A stretch of 64,000 bases of DNA from an uncultured delta proteobacterium (GTDB taxonomy: Bacteria > Desulfobacterota > Binatia > UBA9968): positions 352,001 through 416,000 of the forward strand of contig CAVTUQ010000002.1 in assembly GCA_963737905.1 (NCBI GenBank). Reading direction: 5' to 3'. Shown in pieces: positions 1 to 9,474 of the stretch. The notes below the pieces were generated by a model that searched no databases, was not told the origin of the DNA, and saw only the letters and a list, made by a program, of their open reading frames with translations. A program made the translations under genes and the position numbers. Numbering within the stretch: the stretch's first letter is position 1; each line of letters opens with the position of its first letter.

Positions 1-183
1 GAAAAAGGCCATCGACAACATCGCGAGCGACAGCGTGAGCTGCGCCACGCCGGTCGAGACCCCGAACGCCTCCTTCACGGCCGGCATGGCCGGGATGAAC
101 AGATGGATCGAGAGCGGCCCGATGAAGGTGATGGAGACCAGCGCGATGAAGAAATACCAGCGCGGCCGGAAGGGTATCGTCAT
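1..183 (-). CDS. Bcr/CflA-type MFS efflux transporter, N-terminal part (runs off the window)
   Basis: Manual translation from ATG at 183: MTIPFRPRWYFFIALVSITFIGPLSIHLFIPAMPAVKEAFGVSTGVAQLTLSLAMLSMAFF; the 'P(L)S..L..PAMP.....F.......QLTLS' pattern is typical of Bcr/CflA TM1-2. Not in the ORF track. Confidence 0.8.
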   Translation of the reverse strand, partial: MTIPFRPRWYFFIALVSITFIGPLSIHLFIPAMPAVKEAFGVSTGVAQLTLSLAMLSMAFF

Positions 184-428
184 GCTATATAGAAAACTTA
201 GACAGATTTTTTTTCTGACGGGATATATCGCCGTACCGGCGAGCGCGTCAATCGCAAACGCGTAGCAAACGCGGAGCCTCTACATTCAAGTCTTTTACTT
301 TTGGCAATCATCGGCCGCCTCACAATAACCTGACTCGCTTTCCGCATCGCGCCGGCCAAAGTCGTGCGATTGATCACTCGGCGGTACAGAAATATTGGAT
401 TCTTGGCAGCGAAAAATCGGAAAAGGGT

Positions 429-1409
429 TCATGATCCGCGCACGCTTTCCCAGAAAAGTTCCTCTACGGCTACCCGATCCCGAATCAGTCCGTCCTTGAG
501 TAGTTGCTCAACGGTCAACAAGAGCATGGCGCGGTTTTTTGAAAGTCCTGACACATAGGGATCCGCGCCAAACACCGATTCGCCCGGCTCCAGGCCGGCT
601 TCCTTCCGAAAAATAAGCCTGGCAGCGGGGTCGCGCCGGTAGGCCTCCTGCTTCGAGCGCTCGAAGGCGTCGAACAGGGCTTCGGGGAGCCAGGGATTCT
701 CCTCCACCACACGCCGCTGAATCCCGACAAGGTGATTGACGGGGGTGAACCCCGCGGTCCGGTAAAATTCTTCCATGAAGCCTCGCCCGCCATCGGGGAA
801 CAGGGGTCTGACATTGGGCGATTTGGTGTCAATGGGGATGTTGGTGGCATTGGCTGCATCGAGCTCGCCGGACTGTAGCATCTCGTTCGTCTCGTCCTCG
901 CGAGTCAAGAAGGTGATGGAAACCCCTGGCGGGGGATCGTCCTTCAAACCGAGCAGCACCGAATGGCTTTCATTCCCTATCCGGCCATTATACCAGGCGA
1001 TATCCCGGCTCTGGATTCCGTATAATCGGTCAATCATGGTTCGAAACCAAACAAAGGCGGTCTGCGTGTAATCCGCGACGGCCAGACGCTTTCCTTTAAT
1101 GTCGCCCGCACCCGTGATGCCCGACTGCACGTTCACCCAGGTGTTCAGCTGTAGCAATGCCCGGCTAAGAAAGATGGGGATGGCTGTCCATTGCCAACGG
1201 GCGGAAGGCCTGGAGCGAACGTTCACATAGTCTGAAATGGAAAACTCGAATACGTCAAAAGCATTGTCCCTGAGCTGCGCCGCGAATAACTCGCCGGGGT
1301 TTTTAAAGGTCGTCTCCCAGTGGATGTCGACGCCCTTCACTTGCACAGCACCATCGACCAACGGCGCCGACCTAGGGTTCCTAGAAAACGCGCCCTTCAA
1401 TGTAAGCAT
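429..1409 (-). CDS. 4,5-dihydroxyphthalate decarboxylase-like protein (periplasmic-binding-protein fold)
   Basis: 326 aa; 'PLVDGAVQVKGVDI', 'FDVFEFSISDY', 'AIPIFLSR', 'TPVNHLVGI', 'FGADPYVSGLSKNRAML' match the PhtD-like family. Confidence 0.75.
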   Translation of the reverse strand: MLTLKGAFSRNPRSAPLVDGAVQVKGVDIHWETTFKNPGELFAAQLRDNAFDVFEFSISDYVNVRSRPSARWQWTAIPIFLSRALLQLNTWVNVQSGITGAGDIKGKRLAVADYTQTAFVWFRTMIDRLYGIQSRDIAWYNGRIGNESHSVLLGLKDDPPPGVSITFLTREDETNEMLQSGELDAANATNIPIDTKSPNVRPLFPDGGRGFMEEFYRTAGFTPVNHLVGIQRRVVEENPWLPEALFDAFERSKQEAYRRDPAARLIFRKEAGLEPGESVFGADPYVSGLSKNRAMLLLTVEQLLKDGLIRDRVAVEELFWESVRGS

Positions 1410-1440
1410 CGGTATCCTCCCTGACTAAGCGACATTGAGT

Positions 1441-1480
1441 GTTCAAATGGTTCAAGCCGTTCAAATCGTTCAAACCGTTG
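1441..1480. repeat. 9-bp tandem repeat (GTTCAAnnn x4, then GTTG), intergenic
   Basis: gttcaaatg-gttcaagcc-gttcaaatc-gttcaaacc-gttg read directly. Confidence 0.85.
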
Positions 1481-1799
1481 AGATCAAAACCCTCGCTGAC
1501 ACGAACAGAGGTTCTCGCGTCCAACCGGCTCGCGATGACCTTTCTTGGCTCGTCGCCCACAGTTGGCCGACTGTGGGGCATAAAGGGCCCAAGTCGGCTT
1601 TTAGCTTATAAGTGACTTTGACTCAATGTGTCGAACCTCTGACGAGCGATCCGTCCTCGGAAATTCTCGCTTTCACACCACGATTGTATTGCAAAAACTC
1701 GTGCGCTTGACGACTCGCCGGTTGGACGATAGGGTATTAAGGATTTGCTATAATATAAACGGCACAAGACTAAACGGCATAAGATCAGGAGATACAATC

Positions 1800-2396
1800 A
1801 TGGCAACTACAACGGAGCGCCCTCTCGCTGATGCGCTCACCGCAATCAAGACGCGCCGCTCGGTGAAGGAGTACGTTTCCACCGAGATTCCTCGGGAGTG
1901 GATCGAGGAGCTACTCGACGCCGCCCACTGGGCGCCCAACCACAAATTGACCCATCCCTGGCGTTTTCACGTGTTTTCCGGAGAGGGGCGCGAGCGATTG
2001 GTCGGAGCCCGACAGGCGGCGGTACGTTGGGCTGCAGAGAAAAAGGGTCAGCAGGCGAGCGAAGAGGCTCTCGGCTTCGCGCGGGCTAAGTGTTATTCGT
2101 CCTCAGTCATTATTGTCGTTTCCATGGTGGGCGATGAGAACAAAATCGTTGACCAGGAGAACTTCGCGGCCTGCTGGTGCGCGATTGAGAACCTGCTGGT
2201 CGCCGCGAGCGCGCGAGGCCTGGGCAGCTATCCCAGCACGGGCGCCTGGATCGACCAAAACTTCGTTGGCCCAGTTCTCGGACTCACAGAGAAAGAGCGG
2301 CCGGTGGCGTGCATTTTCCTGGGGTACTCCGAGCAGCAGACTATGGCCAAGCGCCTGCCCGTGGAGCGCCATACCACCTGGTACACGGAGGCCTGA
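1800..2396 (+). CDS. Nitroreductase family protein (YdjA-like)
   Basis: 'AIKTRRSVKEY', 'AAHWAPNHKLTHPWRF', 'ENLLVAASARGLGS'; ATG at 1800 follows an AGGAG RBS, so the ORF-track start at 1626 is probably too long. Confidence 0.9.
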   Translation: MATTTERPLADALTAIKTRRSVKEYVSTEIPREWIEELLDAAHWAPNHKLTHPWRFHVFSGEGRERLVGARQAAVRWAAEKKGQQASEEALGFARAKCYSSSVIIVVSMVGDENKIVDQENFAACWCAIENLLVAASARGLGSYPSTGAWIDQNFVGPVLGLTEKERPVACIFLGYSEQQTMAKRLPVERHTTWYTEA

Positions 2397-2531
2397 AAGC
2401 TCAGAAGGGTTCACGTTAGCTTATCGGGCGAACGACTATCTCGCGCCGTGATTGCCACGGCGGCCATCGAGGTCACGGTCGAGCTTCGGTAAATAGGGTT
2501 GCTAGTCAATATAGATACAGGGAGATATACA

Positions 2532-3077
2532 ATGACACGCATTTCCATTATGACGCCCGACCAGATGAACGATGAACAGCGCGCCGTGATCGACGCATCC
2601 AAGGCCAACGGCAAGCCGCATGGCGGGCCATTCTGGGCCTATATTCGGAATCCCAAACTGATGCAGAACATCCAGAACATGGGAGCCTGTATCGCCGACA
2701 GCACCCTGTCCGCCCGCGAACAGCAGATCGTCATCTTGACCGTGGCGCGGTTCTGGGGCGCCAAATACCCGTGGGCCGTTCAGTGCCGCAACGCTCTTAA
2801 AGTTGGACTCACGCAGGAAGAGATCGACGCCATCAACGCCCGCGGCGCGCTGCCGACCGATGACAAGCGCGAATTGCTCGCGCATCAGATCGCCAACGAA
2901 CTGCTCGCCAACAAGGGACTACGCGACACCACCTATGCATCCGCCGAAGCAACCTTTAGCACTGAGGAGCTGGTAGCTCTGGTTGCCCGGATCGGCTCAT
3001 TCTCGATGACGTGTTGCACCGCCAACGCGTTCGATATCACGCCGCCTGATGACGCACCTGCCCGCCTTGAAGCATAA
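2532..3077 (+). CDS. Carboxymuconolactone decarboxylase (CMD/AhpD-like) family protein
   Basis: 'GGPFWAYIRNPKL', 'LSAREQQIVILTVARFW.AKYPW', 'ALKVGLTQEEIDAI'; GGAG RBS before ATG 2532. Confidence 0.8.
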   Translation: MTRISIMTPDQMNDEQRAVIDASKANGKPHGGPFWAYIRNPKLMQNIQNMGACIADSTLSAREQQIVILTVARFWGAKYPWAVQCRNALKVGLTQEEIDAINARGALPTDDKRELLAHQIANELLANKGLRDTTYASAEATFSTEELVALVARIGSFSMTCCTANAFDITPPDDAPARLEA

Positions 3078-3319
3078 AAACCGTGTTGCTCAATATAGAA
3101 TTGGATAGGGTCGTGCTTTGATTTCTTGACTATCCATTAGCTCGCCGTCCGCATCTCGCTTGCCAAAACTCCAAACGCTTACAGGCAAGAAGGTCTTAGC
3201 TAAATTGACATAACATTGTCCTTGAAGTATGTGGTCGGCATGGCAGCCGGCACTAAAGCTAGCCAACCCTATTTAAGATTTGCGGAATCGGAAGAAGAAA
3301 ACTCCCGCAAAGGCCCTAG

Positions 3320-3423
3320 GCATGTCCTGAGCGGCGTCGAAGGGGGCGCCAAGTTTCGGAAAATAAGTAAATTTCTTTCTTTGCGTGCTTGGCGTCCCTT
3401 CGACGTTGCTGCTCAGGACATGC
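3320..3423. repeat. Long imperfect inverted repeat (REP/MITE-like hairpin)
   Basis: gcatgtcctgagcggcgtcgaagggggcgccaag (3320-3353) pairs with cttggcgtcccttcgacgttgctgctcaggacatgc (3388-3423) around an AT-rich loop. Confidence 0.8.
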
Positions 3424-3493
3424 TTGGCGGGAAAATTTCTTGAAGTCGTTTTGTCAAATATTTCAAAGAACCTAAAACATGGACGGAGGTAAA

Positions 3494-4537
3494 ATGAAAC
3501 TTTTTTACTTTTGGCCTTGCTCGATTTTCATCCTGGTATTTCTCTTCGCGAAGGACGGTGTCTGCCAGTCGCCTTATTATCAAGGCAAAACGATCACATT
3601 CATGCAAGGACGCGATCCCGGCGGCGTGGGAGACTTGAGAAATAAAGTGATTTTTCCCTTCATGCAAAAATACATTCCCGGGCATCCAACCATCATTTCA
3701 GAATACATGCCTGGAGGAGGCGGCAGAAAGGTTGCGAACCACGTCTATCATAATGTAAAGGGCGATGGGCTCACGATCGGCGCCAGCTCGCCGGGCATTC
3801 TTGCGAGCGCAGTGTTGGGAATGGCCGGCGTTAATTTTGATCCCGCCAAGTTTATCTATCTCGGATCGCCATTCAGCGAGAACAACAATATCTTTGTAAC
3901 CCGGAAAGCTCTCGGCATTAACAGCCTGGAAAAGCTGCGCGAGCGCGTCGGGCTCAGAGTCGGCGGCCAATCGGTGGGCCATGTGCAGTTCATCCGCAGC
4001 AGGCTCTTCGCCTGGCTTTTGGGCATCAAAGAACCGAGATTCGTCGTTGGCTATGCGGGCGCTGAATTGGATCTGGCCTTGGAGCGCGGTGAAATCGACA
4101 GCAGAGCTTCCGCGGTCGATAAGGACACGATGTCGGAGGAATACAAGAAGATCGCCGATTTTCACGCCATACTCGAGATTCCCAAAGGAAGTCGTCCGCC
4201 GGTATTTGCCGTTTTGCCAGAGGTCGGGACTTTCACTCGCACCCAGCTGGAAAGGGACGTTCTGGCGATGTCGCGGACTTTCTGGGGGGCCGGCACACTG
4301 ATCTTTCTACCGCCAAACACGCCGGAGAATTTGGTTCAGACAGTCAGGCAAGCAATTCGTAGGTCCTTCGAAGATCGAGAGTTTCATGAAGCGTACAAAA
4401 AACTACTCGGAGTGGAGCCGACGCCGTTGATGCCCGAGGATCAGCAGAAACTTGTGGCGGATCTTCCGCGGGATCCTGAGGTGGCTAAAGCTTTTGCAGC
4501 GATCGCTGATATCGGTCCTCTGCCGCCGCGCAAATAA
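3494..4537 (+). CDS. Bug/TctC-family tripartite tricarboxylate transporter substrate-binding protein
   Basis: Signal peptide; 'YYQGKTITF', 'PGGVGD', 'HPTIISEYMPGGGG', 'GDGLTIG', 'LALERGEID'. Confidence 0.85.
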   Translation: MKLFYFWPCSIFILVFLFAKDGVCQSPYYQGKTITFMQGRDPGGVGDLRNKVIFPFMQKYIPGHPTIISEYMPGGGGRKVANHVYHNVKGDGLTIGASSPGILASAVLGMAGVNFDPAKFIYLGSPFSENNNIFVTRKALGINSLEKLRERVGLRVGGQSVGHVQFIRSRLFAWLLGIKEPRFVVGYAGAELDLALERGEIDSRASAVDKDTMSEEYKKIADFHAILEIPKGSRPPVFAVLPEVGTFTRTQLERDVLAMSRTFWGAGTLIFLPPNTPENLVQTVRQAIRRSFEDREFHEAYKKLLGVEPTPLMPEDQQKLVADLPRDPEVAKAFAAIADIGPLPPRK

Positions 4538-4655
4538 ACGGAAATTATCATCGCATGACACGCTCTACAGTCTTTTCGAGTTTATGCTCAGTCACGCGTT
4601 CTTCCAGCCGTCCAGCTTGATGTGTGAGCAGAAATCTTCCGAGGAAACTCCGCGT

Positions 4656-5204
4656 TTAACGCTTGAGGTGCGACGGCGCGTCCGTCGGCGGTTCGGCGCC
4701 AACAACATTTGCCATCATCGCAGTCGTAGAAAAATGGCCGATCACGCCTACCACGTCGGCGAGGCGTTGATAGCCAATCGTCGATTCAGCGGCCTTGAAG
4801 ATGTCGTCTGCTAACGATCCGGTTGCCAGCAGTTCACGCGCCACGGCGTGCACCATCTCGTCGGCGCTGTCCGTGAATTTCGGCTGTTCCCTCGCGTTGA
4901 TGGCCTCGATCACGGCCCGGTCAACGCCTGCGGCCAGCGCCATCGCAGCTTGCGCGCTCCAGGGGTATGCGGCGTTCCAGTGTTGCGCCGTCATCAGCGA
5001 CACGATCCGCACCTGCTCAGACGTCAACGAACAGTCAAGGAGATGCGCACTCGATGCGTTGTGGACCTGCCAGAGGCCCGGCGAATACGCATAGCCGACC
5101 GATGGCCCTCTGCCGACCCGCCCGGTCGTTGCCACGGTCGCGTCGTAAACCTTCTGCTGTTCCGCGGCCATCTCGTCTCGGCTCAACACGGGTATTCTCG
5201 TCAT
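4656..5204 (-). CDS. Carboxymuconolactone decarboxylase family protein (paralog of 2532..3077)
   Basis: Same architecture: 'MTRIP...EM..EQ', 'HW.AAYPW', 'ALAAGVDRAVIEAI', 'PPTDAP' end. Confidence 0.8.
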   Translation of the reverse strand: MTRIPVLSRDEMAAEQQKVYDATVATTGRVGRGPSVGYAYSPGLWQVHNASSAHLLDCSLTSEQVRIVSLMTAQHWNAAYPWSAQAAMALAAGVDRAVIEAINAREQPKFTDSADEMVHAVARELLATGSLADDIFKAAESTIGYQRLADVVGVIGHFSTTAMMANVVGAEPPTDAPSHLKR

Positions 5205-5314
5205 GTTTCCACTCCTGATTGCTTATTGGCCAAGGCTGGCGGTAGCGAACCTGGCCGATGGGGCGCAAATCTTGACTTGAGCACTTGTGAGATCCTGAAA
5301 TGACATTCCAAGCT

Positions 5315-6406
5315 TCAAATCCCGTAGAATCGTCTGGGATTGTCGGAAAGAATTTTTCGTTTGACCTGCGGATCGAGGCCCTCCATCGCTTTGAACCGGG
5401 AAATCGCGTTGAGCTCGCTTGAGGTATCGCCATGGCCGTAGTCGGTACCGATCACGAGATTTTCCTCGCCCGCGTAAGAGATCACATAAGAAAAATCGTC
5501 ATCGGTCTGGGTTGAAACATAGATCCCGTAGTCACGGAAGCAGTTCATCGAGACCGGGTGTTTACCTCCCAGGGAGCGCCGCACGGCTTCGTGAACGACC
5601 CAGGGCACCCATTGGCTCGACGTCTCGATGAAACCCCAGCGCAGCTTCGCGAAGACCCGCGGTATCTCGCTCATGATCAGCGCGTAGCATGCGGTGACTG
5701 TCGGGACTCGAAATGTCGAGAAACCGCCACCGGCTTCGTTGTTCAGCAAATTGAACAGCTCGGGGTTGCCGTTGGCAATGTGCACGGTCACCGGAATGTC
5801 GAGTCGCTCGGCCTCGTCATAGATTGGATAATAAAATGGGTCCGTCATCAGCTTACCCCTTTCGAAGGGGCGCATGCAGACGCCGACGGCGCCATGTTCC
5901 TTGGCGAAGCGCATTTGCGGCGCGGCTTCGGTCGGGGTCAACGCCGGAACGACACAGGTCCAGCGCAAGCGGTTTGCACCGAGCTTCCAGACATCCGCCA
6001 GCCAGCGGTTCCAGCTCCAACAGAGCGCGATCTCCACTTCGGGGCGGCGCGTGAGCGGCCGGAGCCAGAGCGAGTTGTAGAGCACTTGCACATCGATCCC
6101 CAAGGCGTCCATGTGTCTCAGCCGTTGGGTCACATCGCTGAGCTCCCGGGCTTGCACTGAGGTTCCCACTTCCCGGCCGAATCGTTTGACATGCTCTTCA
6201 GACTGCTTGTCGTTGGGGGAGGGAAACTTGGGGCCGAGATCCTCGCCGTCGAGAACCCAATGCTGGCGCTCGGGATTGTCCGGCTCGGCCACTAACGTAG
6301 GGCGATATTTTTCTTCGCCGGCTTCGAGATAATCCCATACGCGCTCGTTCTCTACCACATGCGCGTCCGCGTCAATCACGTCGGTTTTTACATTTGCCGT
6401 TGACAT
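5315..6406 (-). CDS. Amidohydrolase family protein (Amidohydro_2)
   Basis: 'IDADAHV.E', 'MDALGIDVQVLY', 'IPVTVH', 'LRWGFIET', 'GTDYGHGD', 'ILSDNPRRFY'; likely start ATG 6406. Confidence 0.9.
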   Translation of the reverse strand: MSTANVKTDVIDADAHVVENERVWDYLEAGEEKYRPTLVAEPDNPERQHWVLDGEDLGPKFPSPNDKQSEEHVKRFGREVGTSVQARELSDVTQRLRHMDALGIDVQVLYNSLWLRPLTRRPEVEIALCWSWNRWLADVWKLGANRLRWTCVVPALTPTEAAPQMRFAKEHGAVGVCMRPFERGKLMTDPFYYPIYDEAERLDIPVTVHIANGNPELFNLLNNEAGGGFSTFRVPTVTACYALIMSEIPRVFAKLRWGFIETSSQWVPWVVHEAVRRSLGGKHPVSMNCFRDYGIYVSTQTDDDFSYVISYAGEENLVIGTDYGHGDTSSELNAISRFKAMEGLDPQVKRKILSDNPRRFYGI

Positions 6407-6515
6407 CGGATCTCCGTCGTCAAAAGGATTACCCCAACATCGGCTTCGCTGTCTAGAGGTCTGTATTGGGCCAGCATGAATTCCACAGTTTGCGACTTTC
6501 TGATCCCCGATTTTG

Positions 6516-7575
6516 TTAGCTCGCTTCTCCAAGAGTCACGGCCACGTCGTCCTGGCTCACCTCGAACTGTGTGCCAAAGCGGGCGGAGATCTGCTGTATA
6601 TCCTTGACGATCTGTGGAGCCTGGGACGGCTGAAAGAAGTCGGGAGGGCCGTTCCCCTTGTACAGTCCAGGGACAAAGGAGAGACGTTGGAGTTTGCCAT
6701 CGTGAATACGGCAGCGCACCAGCATGGCCAAGAGTATTAGGTTGGGGCGCTTCTGGTAGTGAAGGTCGTGGACAAAGTTGCCCAGCGAGTAGAGTATGGG
6801 CTTGCCCTTATACACCTCAATGGCCTGGAGAACGTGAGAATGATGGCCGGCCACCATGTCTGCGCCGGCGTCGATCGCGAAATGGCCCATCTCTGTCTGG
6901 TATTCCGTAAGCTCGCCGGTTCCACCTGTAGCGGGTGACACACCCCAGTGCCAGGACACAATCACTACGTCCGCTTCTTTTCGTGCTTTGCGAATATCCT
7001 CTTCCAGAGCGGCGCGGTCCGCGCCGCGATCAGGAACAGTGTGGATGATCGGTGGAGAGCCTGGCACATGGTGCACCCGAAGCCGGGGCTCGTAAAAAGT
7101 CTGGACGGAATAGTAGGCAATGCCGCCCCTGTCTTCTGTAGCGGGCGCCGTGATCGGGTCGCACACCGACGCGCGGCAGACGAAAGCGACCTTGGTACCG
7201 TTGCGCTCGATGATGGCGGGCTTTCGTGCTTCGGCGAGATTGCGGCCGCCGCCCCCGCGCACGATGCCAGCCTTATCCAGGACGTCCAGGCAACGCAAAA
7301 AAGGATCTAGGCCGTGCCATGTGCTTGGATTGTTGGCGAGGTTCATGACATTGAAGCCTGCCCGGACGTAGGAGTCGAACATCCACTCATCGGTTCGAGG
7401 GTGGTGGTCGTGGTCATAGGGGCGCGAGATACTTGGCATCAGCCACCACGGTTTCCAGGTTGCAGAAGGCGATGTCTGCGTCTTTGAGCAGATGCCGGGA
7501 AGTAGCGAAGGCGGAATCGGGATCGGGGCGACCCACGAAGGTATCGCCCACCAGCACGATATTGACGTTACTCAC
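6516..7575 (-). CDS. CapA family (poly-gamma-glutamate synthesis-like) metallophosphatase; one frameshift near 7420
   Basis: The upstream frame gives MSNVNIVLVGD...DADIAFCNLET; the downstream ORF has 'LANN', 'DVVIVSWHWG', 'AIDAGADMVAGHHSHVLQ', 'YSLGNF'. One extra G in GGGG (7419-7422) separates the frames; likely a sequencing indel. Confidence 0.85.
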
Positions 7576-7913
7576 AGTGAGCCTCAGTCTTTAGAGCCGT
7601 GCTCTGTATTGCTGCCTTGGGCGTAAACACTATGCGGTCACAGGCTATGGTGTCAATCTGACAAGAATACGCGAACAGGAAAGAGAACTGGGAACTCTGT
7701 CGACTACCTGGACAATTTTTGATCAGAAGCTTTACGGAACCGGCGAAAACTCTTACACGGGTCGGCGGCGCCGTCGATCAAGCGGGACACGGGAAAGGGG
7801 ACTTTCCTAATTTCTTGCCACCGGTTAGAACGAGCTGCTATGGTGCCGCTTGCCACCCTTCAGCCGAGGGGACAGAAAAAACGATCTGGAACCGACACGA
7901 ACCGGTAAAACTC

Positions 7914-8306
7914 ATGCTTGACGCCGTCATCGCCGTGATCACAAAAGGAGGAAAGGTTCTGTTCATTCAGAGGGCGCCGGGCATCCGAGGCGGAGGGCAT
8001 TGGGCGCCAGTCAGCGGCGAAGTCGAGCCTGGAGAGAGTCAGGAAGCGGCGGTGGCGAGAGAGGCGATGGAAGAAGTAGGCTTGACCGTGCGGCCGATTC
8101 GGAAGGTTTGGGAGAACGTCTCGACGCGGGGAACTTTTAGACTGCACTGGTGGATCGCGGAGTACGTCGGCGGTGAATTGGCGCTCAATGCAGCAGAAGT
8201 AAGCGACGCCCGCTGGCTCACGGTTGACGAGATTTGCCGTCTGGACGGCACGTTCGAAGGCGACTGGGAATTTTATCAGAAGATCCTTCCCTCTCTCGCT
8301 CACTAA
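7914..8306 (+). CDS. NUDIX hydrolase
   Basis: Nudix box 'GEVEPGESQEAAVAREAMEEVGL'. Confidence 0.92.
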   Translation: MLDAVIAVITKGGKVLFIQRAPGIRGGGHWAPVSGEVEPGESQEAAVAREAMEEVGLTVRPIRKVWENVSTRGTFRLHWWIAEYVGGELALNAAEVSDARWLTVDEICRLDGTFEGDWEFYQKILPSLAH

Positions 8307-8398
8307 AGCACTGATTCACCTACGTCCCACTCATCGCTTGATAAGACGACGGGACTAGGATATTCGAGCGGTTACGGTCAATTGCTGGCGAAGATGCC

Positions 8399-9451
8399 AT
8401 GATGGTCAGTTCAATGTTCCACGTTCAAGGTTCAAGGTTGGTTGCAAAGGTTTCAACTAGACTACTCGCGACGTTGTTCGCGCTTTGGCTCTGCGCTGGT
8501 ATTGCATATCCAGTAAGCGCGCAGGATGTGAGAGCGAAGGCGGAGGCCGAAGGCAAGCTGATGATGTACGCGACCTTCACCGCCGCGGACTCGAAAACGT
8601 TGCTGGACGCGTTCAAGCAGGTCTATCCGAAAATCGATGCGGTGTACTATCGCAGCAATGACGCGGCCCTGATGGAGCGATTCGTCAACGAAAACCGCGC
8701 CGGGCAAAATCTTTGCGATGTGATCGTAACGACGAGTTTCTACGGTCAGAACATCAAAAAACGCGGACTGTTCGCGCCCTATGATTCCCCGGAGCGCAAA
8801 TTTTTCCGCGAAGGCTACAAAGACCCGCAGGCGCACTGGACGTCCACATACACGAATTATGGCGCGTTCGGCTACAACAACCGCGCGGTGCCAAAGACCA
8901 GCGTGCCGAAGTCTTTCGATGATTTGCTGAAGCCCGAGTGGAAGGGGCAGATCACCATGGAAGGCCGCGCCTATGAGTGGTTTGGCACGACACTCAAAGC
9001 GATGGGCGAAGAAAAAGGGCTGGCGTATATGCGCGAGCTGGCCAAACAGACGGAGCTGCGCACCGGTCGCAATTTGCTCGCTCAGCTCGTCGCTGCAGGA
9101 GAGTTCAAAGGCGCGCTCAGCGGCTACTCGCAAACCTTCGAGGTTTTGAAGCCCGCCGGCGCGCCGGTGGATTGGGTATATCTAAATCCGGTCTTTGCCA
9201 ATATTCATCCCACCGGTATCGCCGCCAAGGCGCCGCATCCCAACGCGGCGCGCTTGTTCATCGACTTCGTGCTTTCCAAGCGCGGCCAGGAAGTGATTCG
9301 TGGCATGAATCGCATTCCGGACCGGATTGACACGCCGCCGGACCAAGCGCGGCTCATCGAAAACATCAAGCCCGCCTTCGCTCCAGCGGAGGTCCTGGAC
9401 AATTTCGAGCGCTACGCCAAATTGTTCCACGAGATCTTCGGCGGGCGATAA
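8399..9451 (+). CDS. ABC transporter substrate-binding protein (iron/thiamine/polyamine class)
   Basis: Signal peptide; 'AEAEGKLMMY', 'PKSFDDLLKPEWKG', 'APHPNAARLFIDFVLS..GQ'. Confidence 0.9.
   Translation: MMVSSMFHVQGSRLVAKVSTRLLATLFALWLCAGIAYPVSAQDVRAKAEAEGKLMMYATFTAADSKTLLDAFKQVYPKIDAVYYRSNDAALMERFVNENRAGQNLCDVIVTTSFYGQNIKKRGLFAPYDSPERKFFREGYKDPQAHWTSTYTNYGAFGYNNRAVPKTSVPKSFDDLLKPEWKGQITMEGRAYEWFGTTLKAMGEEKGLAYMRELAKQTELRTGRNLLAQLVAAGEFKGALSGYSQTFEVLKPAGAPVDWVYLNPVFANIHPTGIAAKAPHPNAARLFIDFVLSKRGQEVIRGMNRIPDRIDTPPDQARLIENIKPAFAPAEVLDNFERYAKLFHEIFGGR
8409..8440. repeat. 7-bp tandem repeat (GTTCnan x4, then GTTG) at the 5' end of the SBP gene
   Basis: gttcaat-gttccac-gttcaag-gttcaag-gttg. 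Confidence 0.75.
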
Positions 9452-9474
9452 CGCGCGAAGCGTTGCCAAACTCC

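Noticed and set aside
1441-1480. Possible CRISPR array
   Set aside because: Units are only 9 bp with no unique spacers, and no cas genes are in the window.
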